Shown here: one piece after another, positions 7,904 to 17,196 of the stretch | How the letters are laid out: each line of letters starts with the position of its first letter | Numbering within the stretch: the first letter of the stretch is position 1 | Assembly: GCA_016217925.1 (NCBI GenBank) | Contig: JACRFK010000009.1 | Coordinates: forward strand, 33,191-97,190 | From: Candidatus Kaiserbacteria bacterium | GTDB taxonomy: Bacteria > Patescibacteriota > Minisyncoccia > Phycocordibacterales > UBA2100 | Reading direction: 5' to 3' | Length of the DNA: 64,000 nucleotides | Made by a program: the position numbers and the translations under genes | Notes under the pieces: generated by a model | Seen by the model: the letters and a program-made list of their open reading frames with translations, nothing else | Told to the model about the DNA's origin: nothing | Databases searched by the model: none

Positions 7904-10267
7904 ATGCGCATGACAACAAGAACCGCAAAGCACGTGGGCAGAGGGAGGGTCGCCGTCCTGCCGTCTCCGGACACCGCAGCGATGCGAGTGTACAAAAAAT
8001 ACCTATCCAACATACAAAAACGCGATGGACGCGTCGTACCTTTTGAATTTTCAAAGATGGTGAATGCCATACACAAGGCGATGCTCGCTTCGGGTGAAGG
8101 TTCGGAGGACGAAGCAGCAGTTGTCGCACACAAAGTTGCGGGTGAAATGATGCGCATCAGCAAGATATACAAAAATTTCCTCCCGACCGTCGAAGGTTGC
8201 CAAGATGAAGTCGAGCGACAGCTCATTCTTTCTGATTACGTGGGCGCTTCCAAGGCCTACATTTTGTACCGTGCAGAGAGAAGCAAGATCCGCAAAGAGC
8301 AGGGTGAGGTACCGGAGCATGTGCGCAAGCTCGCAGAGGAATCCAAAAAATATTTCAAGAATAATCCGCTCGGTGAGTTCGTCTATCTGCGCACCTATGC
8401 GCGCTGGATTGAAAGCGAGCAGCGTCGCGAGACGTGGATCGAGACCGTCGATCGGTATGTCGGATTCATGAAAGAAAATATCGGTGACAAACTCACCAAG
8501 CGCGAGTATGCAGAAGTGCGCGAAGCGATACTCTCGCAGGAAGTGATGCCGAGCATGCGCGCGATGCAATTTGCCGGCGGACCTGCACGCAAGTGCAATA
8601 CCTGTTTCTACAACTGTTCGTTCACCGCACCGGTCAAGCTCGAAGATTTCGCCGAAATAATGTATCTCTCAATGCAAGGATGCGGTGTCGGCTATGCGGT
8701 AGAGAGTCAGAATGTCCAACAGCTTCCTCAGATCGCAAAGCAGATGGGTGAAAAGATCGCTACACATATCGTTTCGGATACCAAGGAGGGTTGGTGTGAC
8801 GCGCTCACCCTCGGATTGCGCACGTGGTATGAGGGCAAGGACATCGATTTTGATTTCTCGATGATACGTCCCGCCGGTGCACGATTAAAGACCATGGGGG
8901 GCAAGGCGTCGGGTCCCGAACCACTGCGTTCACTTCTCGCATTCGCGCGCGAACGTATCCTGAAGCGCCAAGGACGACGCTTGCGCAACATCGATGCACA
9001 CGACATCATCTGCAAAATAGGTGAGTGTGTGGTCGCTGGTGGTGTGCGCCGCACGGCGATGATCTCGCTCTCGGACCTCGACGATGTGGAGATCCGCGAC
9101 GCTAAAAAAGGCCAGTTTTTCCTTACGGATCCGTACCGCTCGGTCGCCAACAACTCCGCTGTCTACGAGACAAAACCATCGAACGCAGAATTAATGGATG
9201 AGTGGGTGGCGCTCATGAAAAGTGGCACCGGCGAGCGCGGCATCTTCAACCGTGGAAGCCTAGAGAAGACCATGCCCGAGCGCCGCCTCAAGTATCTCCA
9301 GAAAAAGCACGGCAAGAAGAACGGATTTATCGGCCAGGTCGGCACCAATCCATGTGGTGAGATCATCCTCCAATCCAAAGAGTTCTGCAATCTCTCCGAA
9401 GTGATAGCGCGTGCCGGCGACACCGAATCGACGCTATTGCGCAAGGCAAGGCTCGCGACGCTTTTGGGCACCTATCAGTCGACGCTCACAAAGTTCAATT
9501 ACATCTCAAAAGAATGGACGGATAATTGCGAAGCGGAGCGTTTGCTCGGCGTTTCGATAACGGGGCAATGGGATTCTCCGGTCGTGCGCGATGCAAAAGT
9601 CATGCGCAAAATGCGCGCGGCGACTGTGAAGGCCAATCAGACGTACGCAAAGCGCTTCGGCATTCCCGCATCCCACTCGATTACCTGTGTGAAGCCCTCC
9701 GGCACCGTGTCACAGACGTTCGACTGTTCGTCAGGCATTCATCCGCGCCACTCACAGTATTACATTCGCCGCGTGCGCATCTCTGCTACCGACTCGCTCT
9801 TCAAGATGATGCGCGACCAGGGCGTTGTCGCATTCCCTGAAGTAGGGCAGAACGCGAATGAGGCGACGACCTTTGTCCTTGAATTCCCGGTCAAGGCACC
9901 GTCGGGCTCCGTGTTCAAAAATGACCTCTCCGCAATGCAGCAGCTCGAGTACTGGAAGATGGTGAAATTAAATTTCACCGAACACAATCCCTCGGCGACT
10001 ATTTCGGTAGGGGATGAGGAGTGGGTCGCGGTCGTCGCATGGATTTCCGACAACTGGGATATCATCGGCGGGCTTTCATTCTTGCCGCGCGAGAATCACG
10101 TGTATCGTCTCGCCCCATACGAAGCCATCGACAAGAAGACCTATGAACGCCTTGCTGCGAACTTCCCGAAGATAGACTACTCGAAGCTCATCATCTACGA
10201 ACGCACCGACGAGACCGACCAGAAAAAAGAATTGGCGTGCGTGGGCGGGACGTGCGAAATAATATAA
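7904..10267 (+). CDS. nrdJ: Ribonucleotide reductase, class II (adenosylcobalamin-dependent), with N-terminal ATP-cone
   Basis: ATP-cone (VYKKYLSNIQKRDGRVVPFEFSKMVNAIHKA). Active-site GTNPCGEIIL motif. C-terminal redox Cys pair CVGGTCEII. The true start may be the internal Met at ~7982 (MRVYKK). Confidence 0.85.
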   Translation: MRMTTRTAKHVGRGRVAVLPSPDTAAMRVYKKYLSNIQKRDGRVVPFEFSKMVNAIHKAMLASGEGSEDEAAVVAHKVAGEMMRISKIYKNFLPTVEGCQDEVERQLILSDYVGASKAYILYRAERSKIRKEQGEVPEHVRKLAEESKKYFKNNPLGEFVYLRTYARWIESEQRRETWIETVDRYVGFMKENIGDKLTKREYAEVREAILSQEVMPSMRAMQFAGGPARKCNTCFYNCSFTAPVKLEDFAEIMYLSMQGCGVGYAVESQNVQQLPQIAKQMGEKIATHIVSDTKEGWCDALTLGLRTWYEGKDIDFDFSMIRPAGARLKTMGGKASGPEPLRSLLAFARERILKRQGRRLRNIDAHDIICKIGECVVAGGVRRTAMISLSDLDDVEIRDAKKGQFFLTDPYRSVANNSAVYETKPSNAELMDEWVALMKSGTGERGIFNRGSLEKTMPERRLKYLQKKHGKKNGFIGQVGTNPCGEIILQSKEFCNLSEVIARAGDTESTLLRKARLATLLGTYQSTLTKFNYISKEWTDNCEAERLLGVSITGQWDSPVVRDAKVMRKMRAATVKANQTYAKRFGIPASHSITCVKPSGTVSQTFDCSSGIHPRHSQYYIRRVRISATDSLFKMMRDQGVVAFPEVGQNANEATTFVLEFPVKAPSGSVFKNDLSAMQQLEYWKMVKLNFTEHNPSATISVGDEEWVAVVAWISDNWDIIGGLSFLPRENHVYRLAPYEAIDKKTYERLAANFPKIDYSKLIIYERTDETDQKKELACVGGTCEII

Positions 10268-10273
10268 AAGAAG

Positions 10274-10323
10274 CGCCCGACGAACCGAAGGTAGGCCGGG
10301 TTGGCTTCCTTGGTTGTCGGGCG
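10274..10323. terminator. Bidirectional hairpin between convergent nrdJ and the minus-strand secreted-protein gene
   Basis: gcccgacgaacc ...24-nt loop... ggttgtcgggc inverted repeat immediately after both stop codons. No clear T-run. Confidence 0.4.
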
Positions 10324-10324
10324 A

Positions 10325-10792
10325 TTATCGCTTCCTCATTCGTTCCACGCGAATAATCTCTGCGATGAAAGACACCACCGTGGCTGCCAATGCCGCATTG
10401 AGAACCGGGGTGTTTTCGTCCTCTGACGTTTCTACGAGCTGGAACTGTCCGAAGTAGGTATCCAGCTGAAGTCGCACGACAGTCCTTTTTACCAGGCCCG
10501 CACGCACAAGGACTTCGCACGACGCCGTGAACTTTAGGTAGGGTTCGCCGACGTATGCGCCTATCGACGCTCCGTCGCAGCCGGTCTCCATCTCAGGGTA
10601 GAACGCTCGTTCATGACTAAGAAGGTTCCCGCTGCCGCCCCAAGCGAGCAGATCTTGGTCGTCCAAAAGAAAGCTGTGGACGGTACGGAGATCCACGACA
10701 TCCAGTTTTGGCACGGTCTGTGCTTCAGCTTGAGTGACAACAATGAGCATTGCCATCACTCTAAAAAGAACGTGTCGAATGGCTCTCATTGA
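10325..10792 (-). CDS. Secreted hypothetical protein (~155 aa)
   Basis: Internal Met of track ORF 10325..11176 with a GGGAGG RBS 6 nt upstream. Signal peptide MRAIRHVLFRVMAMLIVVTQAEA. The upstream part of the track ORF is antisense to RNase P RNA and was rejected. Confidence 0.5.
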   Translation of the reverse strand, partial: SMRAIRHVLFRVMAMLIVVTQAEAQTVPKLDVVDLRTVHSFLLDDQDLLAWGGSGNLLSHERAFYPEMETGCDGASIGAYVGEPYLKFTASCEVLVRAGLVKRTVVRLQLDTYFGQFQLVETSEDENTPVLNAALAATVVSFIAEIIRVERMRKR

Positions 10793-10862
10793 TGCCTCCC
10801 TTTTTCGACGTGCCTGTAGCTTGCAACGATTTACACGAATACACAAGTTTGCTAGTATGTAA

Positions 10863-11350
10863 TCCTGCATTAGGCAGCCGCTGTCCCGCCTTGGCGGGAT
10901 AGAGGAAAGTCCGGACACAGACCGGCCCTTTCTTCGGAAAGAGCTGGTAGCAGGGTAGCGGCCCCGACGTTTCGGCAAAGCCGAAAGTGCGGGGCTCCGA
11001 CCTCGAAAGAGCGTCGGAGGTAACGCCCGTCCGCCGCGAGGCGAGAGATGCGAACAGTGACGGTTTTTCGCGAAAGTGAAAAACCGCCCTCCGAAGCCCA
11101 GAATTTTTTGGGCGTAGAAGGGCGAGCTTGGGCAATAAGCATGAGGTCCTTCTTCGCGTAAAGCTTCGAAGGACACCTCTCGCTGAAGGCTCGAGGTGCA
11201 ACGGCAAAATTCTTACTTCTGTGCAAGACCGTGTCCCGCCCTTTCTTGAAGCTTAGGAAAGAGCGGGAAGAGTCGCTTGAGGTGAATGGCGACATTCATC
11301 CCAGATACATGGCTGCCCACGACAGAATCCGGCTCATCGATGCAGTGCAC
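10863..11350 (+). ncRNA. rnpB: RNase P RNA (bacterial type A), unusually long (~490 nt)
   Basis: Conserved motifs in correct order: GAGGAAAGTCCGGAC (P4 5' half), GGTAACGCCCG, ACAGAATCCGGCTCATCG (P4 3' half). Possible P1 pairing ctgcat(10865)/atgcag(11340). Followed by a terminator hairpin. Boundaries are approximate. Confidence 0.75.
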
Positions 11351-11352
11351 AA

Positions 11353-11372
11353 CCCGCCTCACGGCGGGTTTT
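11353..11372 (+). terminator. Rho-independent terminator after rnpB
   Basis: cccgcc-tcac-ggcggg stem-loop followed by tttt. Confidence 0.6.
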
Positions 11373-11463
11373 GCAATATGTGATACCATTTCGCCATGAG
11401 AAGTAAGGGCTTATTCGACAGGATGGCAGGACAGCAGGCCGCAGTGCCCACAAAGTAAGACAT

Positions 11464-13164
11464 ATGATGAACAGGGCTCTCAGGTTCCTTTCATACGAGG
11501 TGCGCGGGCTTCACACGGCCGTCTACGTGATAGCGCTCTCATCGCTCCTTTCGTCGCTGTTGGCGCTCTTGCGCGACCGGCTCCTTGCGCACGAATTTGG
11601 AGCATCCACGACCCTCGACATTTACTACGCGGCCTTCCGTATCCCGGACCTCATTTTCGTAGGGGCCGGCGCGCTTGTGTCCGTTTACATTCTTATACCA
11701 GAGCTTACGCGCAGGGGAAGCGATGAGCAGCGTGAGTACGTCGATACCGTGCTCATCGGGTTCTCGCTCATCGCGGTCGTTGTATCTGTGATCGCGGCAC
11801 TTTTTGCGCCCGCCATTCTCGCGACACTATTCCCCGAAATTGCCGCTGCGGGACACCTCACGGCACTTGTGACATTGACGCGCCTCATGCTGTTGCAGCC
11901 GATATTTCTCGGACTCTCGAATATTTTTGGGGCAATAACCCAGATACGTCAACGCTATGCGCTCTACGCACTTTCACCACTTCTCTACAACGTGGGGATC
12001 ATCTGTGGCGTTCTTGTTTTTTATCCAATGTGGGGGCTCACGGGGCTCGCGCTCGGTGTCGTCTTCGGAGCGTTCATGCATGTTGGCATCCAGCTTCCTT
12101 CGGTATTTGCCGATGGATTCTTCCACGCGGTACCGACAAGATTCAAGGGACAGGCATTTTTGCAAACCGTCCTCATCTCTGTACCGCGAGCTCTCGCGCT
12201 TTCTATGAATCAAGTATCGTTCATAGGACTTACTGTACTCGCCGGCATGCTTGTACCGGGATCGATCGCGGTGTTCATGTTCGCATTCAATCTTCAGGCC
12301 GTACCGGTCGCGATCATCGGAGCTTCGTACTCCGTTGCTGCATTCCCGATCCTCGCCGCGGCGCTTTCACGCGGTGACCGTTCATTTTTCATCGAGCATA
12401 TCGCAAACGCGGCCCGACTTGTCGTATTTTGGTCGCTCCCCGCTACGGCGCTCATCATCGTATTGCGCGCACACATCGTGCGCGTCGTATTGGGGTCCGG
12501 TGCGTTCGATTGGACAGATACGCGGCTCACCGCAGCTGTTCTCGGGCTCCTAGCGCTCTCGCTTACTGCTCAGGGGATCACATTTCTTCTTGTGCGCGGG
12601 TATTATGCGGCGGGGCGTACGTTTGCTCCGTTCTTTGTTGCTCTGGGAAGTGCGCTCGCGACGGTCGCACTCGGCGCCCTTCTCCTGGGCGTATTTCAAA
12701 ATACATTCGTCCTCGAGCTCGCACAAGGCCTCCTGCGGGTCGTTGGCGTGCCGGGGAGTACCATTTTGGCGCTCGCATTCGCATCGGCGAGTATCTCGAT
12801 ACTGAGTACCATCGTACTTGTCGCCCATTTTGAGCATCGCTTCACCGGATTTCTTTCCCGTGTATGGCGTGCGTGGGTGCAAAGTGCGCTGGCTGCGCTC
12901 GGTGCAGGATGTGGTGCCTACGGCGTTCTCGTGGCGATAGGCCCCATCACGCTCTTCTCGACGACCGCATCAATATTCGTACGCGGCTTTGCGGCCGGGG
13001 TATTTGGGATTATAGTCGCTGGACTCGTGTATGCCCTCTTGAGGAGTCGCGAATTCGCGGAAATCGTCGACGTCATTCGCGGGCGGCTTGGAGGCATAAT
13101 CACTCCCATCCCGCAAAGTGCCGTCGTTTCCTCCGAAGAAAGTAGCCCGATCACCTTGCAGTAA
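11464..13164 (+). CDS. murJ: Lipid II flippase MurJ (MviN)
   Basis: 566 aa, ~14 TM. N-terminal region resembles MurJ/MviN (AHEFGASTTLDIYYAAFRIPDLIF...). Confidence 0.8.
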   Translation: MMNRALRFLSYEVRGLHTAVYVIALSSLLSSLLALLRDRLLAHEFGASTTLDIYYAAFRIPDLIFVGAGALVSVYILIPELTRRGSDEQREYVDTVLIGFSLIAVVVSVIAALFAPAILATLFPEIAAAGHLTALVTLTRLMLLQPIFLGLSNIFGAITQIRQRYALYALSPLLYNVGIICGVLVFYPMWGLTGLALGVVFGAFMHVGIQLPSVFADGFFHAVPTRFKGQAFLQTVLISVPRALALSMNQVSFIGLTVLAGMLVPGSIAVFMFAFNLQAVPVAIIGASYSVAAFPILAAALSRGDRSFFIEHIANAARLVVFWSLPATALIIVLRAHIVRVVLGSGAFDWTDTRLTAAVLGLLALSLTAQGITFLLVRGYYAAGRTFAPFFVALGSALATVALGALLLGVFQNTFVLELAQGLLRVVGVPGSTILALAFASASISILSTIVLVAHFEHRFTGFLSRVWRAWVQSALAALGAGCGAYGVLVAIGPITLFSTTASIFVRGFAAGVFGIIVAGLVYALLRSREFAEIVDVIRGRLGGIITPIPQSAVVSSEESSPITLQ

Positions 13165-13194
13165 CCTTCTCTCAAGAAACAGAACCAAAGACCT

Positions 13195-14979
13195 ATGGCA
13201 TCACATATACGTAATTTTTCTATCATTGCACACATTGACCATGGGAAGTCGACGCTCGCGGACCGCATGCTCGAACTGACCGGCACGATTGAGCCGCGGC
13301 GAATGCAAGAGCAGGTCTTGGACAAAATGGATTTGGAGCGTGAACGCGGCATCACTATCAAGATGGCCCCGGTCCGCATGGAGTGGAAAAAAGGCGGCGT
13401 TCCGTACGTTCTCAATCTTATTGATACCCCGGGCCATGTCGATTTCTCGTATGAAGTCTCGCGCGCGCTCACGGCCGTCGAGGGCGTGATACTCCTCGTG
13501 GATGCGACGCAAGGGGTCGAGGCGCAGACGCTCTCAGTACTTGCGGTCGCAAAAAAACTTAACCGCGTCATCATTCCGGTAGTTTCAAAGATCGATGCGC
13601 CACACGCGAGGAGGGCGGAGATTACGACGGAACTGGCGACGCTTCTTCACGTCGAGGAGTCACAGGTCTTGGGTTGCTCAGGGAGGACGGGAGAAGGAGT
13701 GGCGGCACTTCTTGATGCGGTCGTGGACCGTGTACCACCGCCGGATACGCAGGTGAGTGGTGCACAGGGACTCATCTTCGATTTCGGCTATTCCGACCAC
13801 CGGGGCATCATTGTGTACCTTCGAATCTTCGGCGGTCAGTTCAAAAAAGGTGATTATCTGCGCTTTGTTGCGGCACAGGCGGATTTCATTGCGCTTGAAG
13901 TTGGCGTACTCAAGCCGGGCGAGACACCCCGTGAATCTTTGGGATCCGGCGAGATCGGATACATCGTGACAGGAATAAAAAAGCCGGGAATCGCATCGGT
14001 CGGCGACACCATCACACAGAGCAGGAGACCGGCGGAGGCTCTCCACGGCTACCTCGCTCCGACTCCTGTCATTTGGGCGAGCGTCTATCCCGCGAGCCAA
14101 GACGACCTCACTATGTTGCGTCAATCGCTCGACAAACTTAAGTTGTCGGATTCCTCGCTATCGTACGAGGAGGAGTCTTCCGGCGTCATGGGGAGGGGAT
14201 TCCGCTGCGGTTTTTTGGGAATGTTGCATCTTGAAATAATCGTCGAGCGTTTACGGCGCGAATTCAACATGGAGCTGGTCGTTACCCAGCCGACGACCGT
14301 CTACGAGATCACACGGACGGACGGCACCGTTGAAGAAATATATTCTCCGGCCAAATTTCCGGACGACGGCACGGTGAAAGGTGTGCGAGAGAAGTGGGCG
14401 AGCGTAACGATATTGACTCCACCTGCCTATATCGGCGGAATCTCACAGCTCTTGTACGACCATGAGGCGGAAGTAGGGAACACAGAAACGTTGCCAGACG
14501 GAAAAGTAGAACTTCACGCCCTGATGCCGCTACGGGAGCTGATGCGGGGATTTTTTGATCGCCTGAAAAGCACTTCATCGGGTTTTGCATCGCTCTCATA
14601 CGAGATACTCGGTCTTCGCGAAGCACACGTGGTGCGCTTGGATGTGTTGGTCGCCGAAGAGGCGGTGCCGGCATTTTCGCGCATTGTTTCGGAGAGGCGC
14701 ATCAATCTGGAAGCCGAGGCGATGGTTGAGCGATTAGAGAAACTTCTTCCTCGGCAAATGTTCGAGCTCAAGATCCAGGCGAAAACCGGTGGCCGCATCA
14801 TCGCTTCACGCCGCAAATCGGCCCTAAAGAAGGACGTTACGCAGCACATGTACGGCGGCGACATCACGCGCAAGATGAAACTTCGTGAGAAACAAAAGAA
14901 AGGCAAGAAAAAGATGCTAGCAAGGGGAAAAGTCGATATACCCCATGACGTTTTCCTAAAGGTTGTTCGTGATTCATAA
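13195..14979 (+). CDS. lepA: Elongation factor 4 (LepA)
   Basis: N-terminus IRNFSIIAHIDHGKSTLADRML. G-domain motifs DTPGHVDF. Length 594 aa with LepA-specific C-terminal domain. Confidence 0.9.
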   Translation: MASHIRNFSIIAHIDHGKSTLADRMLELTGTIEPRRMQEQVLDKMDLERERGITIKMAPVRMEWKKGGVPYVLNLIDTPGHVDFSYEVSRALTAVEGVILLVDATQGVEAQTLSVLAVAKKLNRVIIPVVSKIDAPHARRAEITTELATLLHVEESQVLGCSGRTGEGVAALLDAVVDRVPPPDTQVSGAQGLIFDFGYSDHRGIIVYLRIFGGQFKKGDYLRFVAAQADFIALEVGVLKPGETPRESLGSGEIGYIVTGIKKPGIASVGDTITQSRRPAEALHGYLAPTPVIWASVYPASQDDLTMLRQSLDKLKLSDSSLSYEEESSGVMGRGFRCGFLGMLHLEIIVERLRREFNMELVVTQPTTVYEITRTDGTVEEIYSPAKFPDDGTVKGVREKWASVTILTPPAYIGGISQLLYDHEAEVGNTETLPDGKVELHALMPLRELMRGFFDRLKSTSSGFASLSYEILGLREAHVVRLDVLVAEEAVPAFSRIVSERRINLEAEAMVERLEKLLPRQMFELKIQAKTGGRIIASRRKSALKKDVTQHMYGGDITRKMKLREKQKKGKKKMLARGKVDIPHDVFLKVVRDS

Positions 14980-15223
14980 CCGCACGATGCCTGCCCCGTA
15001 GCCAACGCAAGGCGTTGTGCTACTGGGGTGTTCTTAAAGGTGGTCCGTGAGAGCTAGGTTCTAGAACAAGCCCGCAAACCATTCAGGAAGCCCCGGAGCG
15101 AAGAAAAGAACCATACTGAGTATGATAAGTATGGCCATACCACCCCATATAAATTTGAGGATTTTCTTGGTCCGTTTGTGAAAAAGGAAACTCATGCGAA
15201 GAGTATAGTGGTACGATAGACAT

Positions 15224-15595
15224 ATGGCAATACGTTCGCGCAATGACCCTGTGCGCCTTTTCGGAAGGCGGCTTCTTCTGTTGGCGCTCCTGGGAGTCAT
15301 TGTCGTTGCCGCACTCGGGGCCTGGAATGCATACGGGAAGGAGCGGGAGTCGCGCGCCCTGCGCGAGCAGGCCGAAATGCAGCTCAGCGACCTCTCAAAG
15401 CGGCAGGCGCAATTGGAGAGCGATATCGCCAATCTTGAGACTGACCGAGGCAAGGAACAGGTATTGCGCGAACAGTACGCGCTCGCGGCGCGCGGCGAAG
15501 GACTCATCGTAATCGTCGACGCCCCGAAAGCGACGCCAACCCAAGCGACCTCTTCAGTCCTAGAATGGTTACGCAAGGCGCTGCCGTGGTGGTGA
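15224..15595 (+). CDS. Septum formation initiator (FtsB/DivIC-like) protein
   Basis: N-terminal TM helix followed by a coiled coil (ALREQAEMQLSDLSKRQAQLESDIANLETDRGKEQVLREQYALAARGEGLIVI). This is the typical FtsB/DivIC architecture. Confidence 0.6.
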   Translation: MAIRSRNDPVRLFGRRLLLLALLGVIVVAALGAWNAYGKERESRALREQAEMQLSDLSKRQAQLESDIANLETDRGKEQVLREQYALAARGEGLIVIVDAPKATPTQATSSVLEWLRKALPWW

Positions 15596-15598
15596 TTG

Positions 15599-15669
15599 TG
15601 CGGGTACGGAGAATCGAACTCCGATCTAATGCTTGGGAAGCATTCGTTCTACCACTAAACTATACCCGC
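15599..15669 (-). tRNA. tRNA-Gly (anticodon CCC)
   Basis: Reverse complement folds as a cloverleaf: acceptor GCGGGTA/TACCCGC, anticodon stem AATGC/GCATT with loop TTCCCAA, T-arm CGGAG-TTCGATT-CTCCG, discriminator A. Confidence 0.8.
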
Positions 15670-15726
15670 CTTCGCTGAAGCTTCGGCGGACAGGCCCGCT
15701 TGGCTAAGCAAAAGCATTGTAACGCA

Positions 15727-16056
15727 CTACAGGTATTTTTTCCCGTATGCGCGCATGGCGGCGGCGACACGCTCGAATGCGGCGCCTTTTTTGGTGAGCC
15801 GGTAGACTATTTTGTTGCCGAGGCGGAAATCAGGGTGGCGCGAGACGATGCCGCACTTCTCGAGCTTCTTGAGCTTGAGCGTGAGGGTACGCGATGAGAC
15901 ACCCGCGAGCGCAAGCTGCAGGTCGGTAAATCGCCGCGGCTTTTCGAGGAGGTCGCGCAAGACGATGAGACTGACCGAATCGCCGACAAGGTCGGCGACC
16001 TTGGCAAGAGGGCAAGAACGGCACAAAACCATACGCTGATGCGATGTCCGCAACAT
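15727..16056 (-). CDS. HxlR-family winged-helix transcriptional regulator
   Basis: CPLAKVADLVGDSVSLIVLRDLLEKPRRFTDLQLALAGVSSRTLTLKLKKLEKCGIV matches the HxlR HTH. The true start may be the internal Met (MVLCRSCPL). Confidence 0.75.
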   Translation of the reverse strand: MLRTSHQRMVLCRSCPLAKVADLVGDSVSLIVLRDLLEKPRRFTDLQLALAGVSSRTLTLKLKKLEKCGIVSRHPDFRLGNKIVYRLTKKGAAFERVAAAMRAYGKKYL

Positions 16057-16080
16057 GCCCTCATGGTAGCACAGACTTAT

Positions 16081-16144
16081 CCACTTTACAAAGTAAAGTG
16101 GATAAACTATGATGAACCCTCGCTTATCACTTTACAAAGTAAAC
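16081..16144. promoter_or_regulatory. Candidate HxlR operator: 21-nt perfect palindrome plus a second half-site in the divergent promoter region
   Basis: ccactttacaaagtaaagtgg (16081-16101) is a perfect inverted repeat. tcactttacaaagtaaac recurs at 16127-16144. Lies between the divergent hxlR-like and LUD-domain genes. Confidence 0.55.
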
Positions 16145-16158
16145 TAACGATACTGTCT

Positions 16159-16776
16159 ATGGACTACACGAAGCTCGCATCGCAAGGATCCGTCGAGAAG
16201 ACCGCAGAGGCGCTCAAAAAACGCGGATTCATCCCCGTCGTCGTCGAAAACGCGAAGGAAGCATTTGACACTATTAAAAAGCTGATACCGCAGGGTGCTT
16301 CAGTCATGAACGGGTCGTCGGTCACGCTCGAAGAGATCGGATTCGTCGATCACCTGAAATCGGGCGCGCACGGGTGGAACAACCTGCACGAAGCGGTGTT
16401 GAAAGAGGGGGACAAGGAAAAGAGAGCGCACCTGCGCAAGCATTCCGTCGTTTCCGATTATTACCTCGGAAGCGTACACGCGGTTACCGAGGGCGGTGAG
16501 CTCATCATCGCGTCGAACACCGGAAGCCAGTTACCGCACCTCGCCTATACCTCGCCGAATCTTATCCTCGTCGTAAGCACGCAAAAAATCGTGCCAGACC
16601 TCGATGCGGCGTTCGAACGTCTTGAAAAGCATGTTATCCCGCTGGAGGACGAACATATGAAAAAGCTCTATGGCATGGGCACGCAGCACAACAAAACCAC
16701 GATACTTCACGGCGAAAGCTCCTCGACGAAACGTGCTGCGACCGTCATTCTGGTCAAAGAAAAGTTAGGATTTTAG
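16159..16776 (+). CDS. LUD-domain protein (LutC/YkgG-like)
   Basis: MDYTKLASQGSVEKTAEALKKRGFIPVVVENAKEAFDTIKKLIPQGASVMNGSSVTLEEIG resembles the LutC N-terminus. Start moved from track 16039 to the first ATG downstream of the operator. Confidence 0.5.
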   Translation: MDYTKLASQGSVEKTAEALKKRGFIPVVVENAKEAFDTIKKLIPQGASVMNGSSVTLEEIGFVDHLKSGAHGWNNLHEAVLKEGDKEKRAHLRKHSVVSDYYLGSVHAVTEGGELIIASNTGSQLPHLAYTSPNLILVVSTQKIVPDLDAAFERLEKHVIPLEDEHMKKLYGMGTQHNKTTILHGESSSTKRAATVILVKEKLGF

Positions 16777-16828
16777 AGGCGGGCGATCAATGCTACAATT
16801 ACTGTACTTAAGAAATAATCTACGACCT

Positions 16829-17071
16829 ATGGCCACCAAACCTCAAGTCACTATTTACTCGACACCGACCTGCCACTTCTGTCACGCCGCAAAGGAGTTC
16901 TTCACGGCGAATAGTGTCGCATTCACCGACTACAACGTCGGCAGCGATCTCGCAAAACGCAAAGAAATGATAGAAAAGAGCGGACAAATGGGTGTACCCG
17001 TAATCACTGTGGGCAGTGACCTCGTCGTCGGCTTCGACGAATCGAAATTGCGCGAACTTCTCGCGATCTAA
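16829..17071 (+). CDS. Glutaredoxin-like protein (NrdH/Grx family)
   Basis: VTIYSTPTCHFCHAAKEFF (CxxC) and thioredoxin-fold length ~80 aa. Start set at MATKPQ. Confidence 0.7.
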   Translation: MATKPQVTIYSTPTCHFCHAAKEFFTANSVAFTDYNVGSDLAKRKEMIEKSGQMGVPVITVGSDLVVGFDESKLRELLAI

Positions 17072-17106
17072 TTTTCCGAAGCAAGGTTCGTGCTAAAGTT
17101 TACGCA

Positions 17107-17178
17107 CCCCTCGTAGCTCAACGGATAGAGCAATCCCGTCCTAAGGGAGAGATGTGGGTTCGACTCCTGCCGAGGGGA
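17107..17178 (+). tRNA. tRNA-Arg (anticodon CCT)
   Basis: Acceptor CCCCTCG/CGAGGGG. D-arm GCTC-AACGGATA-GAGC. Anticodon loop GTCCTAA. T-loop TTCGACT. Discriminator A. Confidence 0.7.
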
Positions 17179-17196
17179 TAGGGTATACTTGTTTGC

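Noticed and set aside
7435-8226. Minus-strand ORF of 263 aa overlapping the DUF192 gene and the nrdJ start
   Set aside because: No motifs. Antisense to two well-supported genes.
10761-11295. Minus-strand ORFs 10761..11207 (148 aa), 10870..11295 (141 aa) and the upper half of 10325..11176
   Set aside because: They lie antisense to the RNase P RNA, whose conserved P4/GGTAACGCC motifs are unmistakable. Only the signal-peptide-bearing 3' portion (10325..10792, RBS GGGAGG) was kept.
15061-15194. Possible 44-aa hydrophobic small ORF on the minus strand (MSFLFHKRTKKILKFIWGGMAILIILSMVLFFAPGLPEWFAGLF) after lepA
   Set aside because: Plausible small membrane protein but no RBS or homology evidence. 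The longer track ORF 15061..15576 is antisense to the FtsB-like gene and was discarded.
16039-16158. 5' extension of the LUD-domain ORF (track start 16039)
   Set aside because: It would run through the palindromic operator and overlap the divergent hxlR start. The first ATG after the operator (16159) begins the LutC-like N-terminus.
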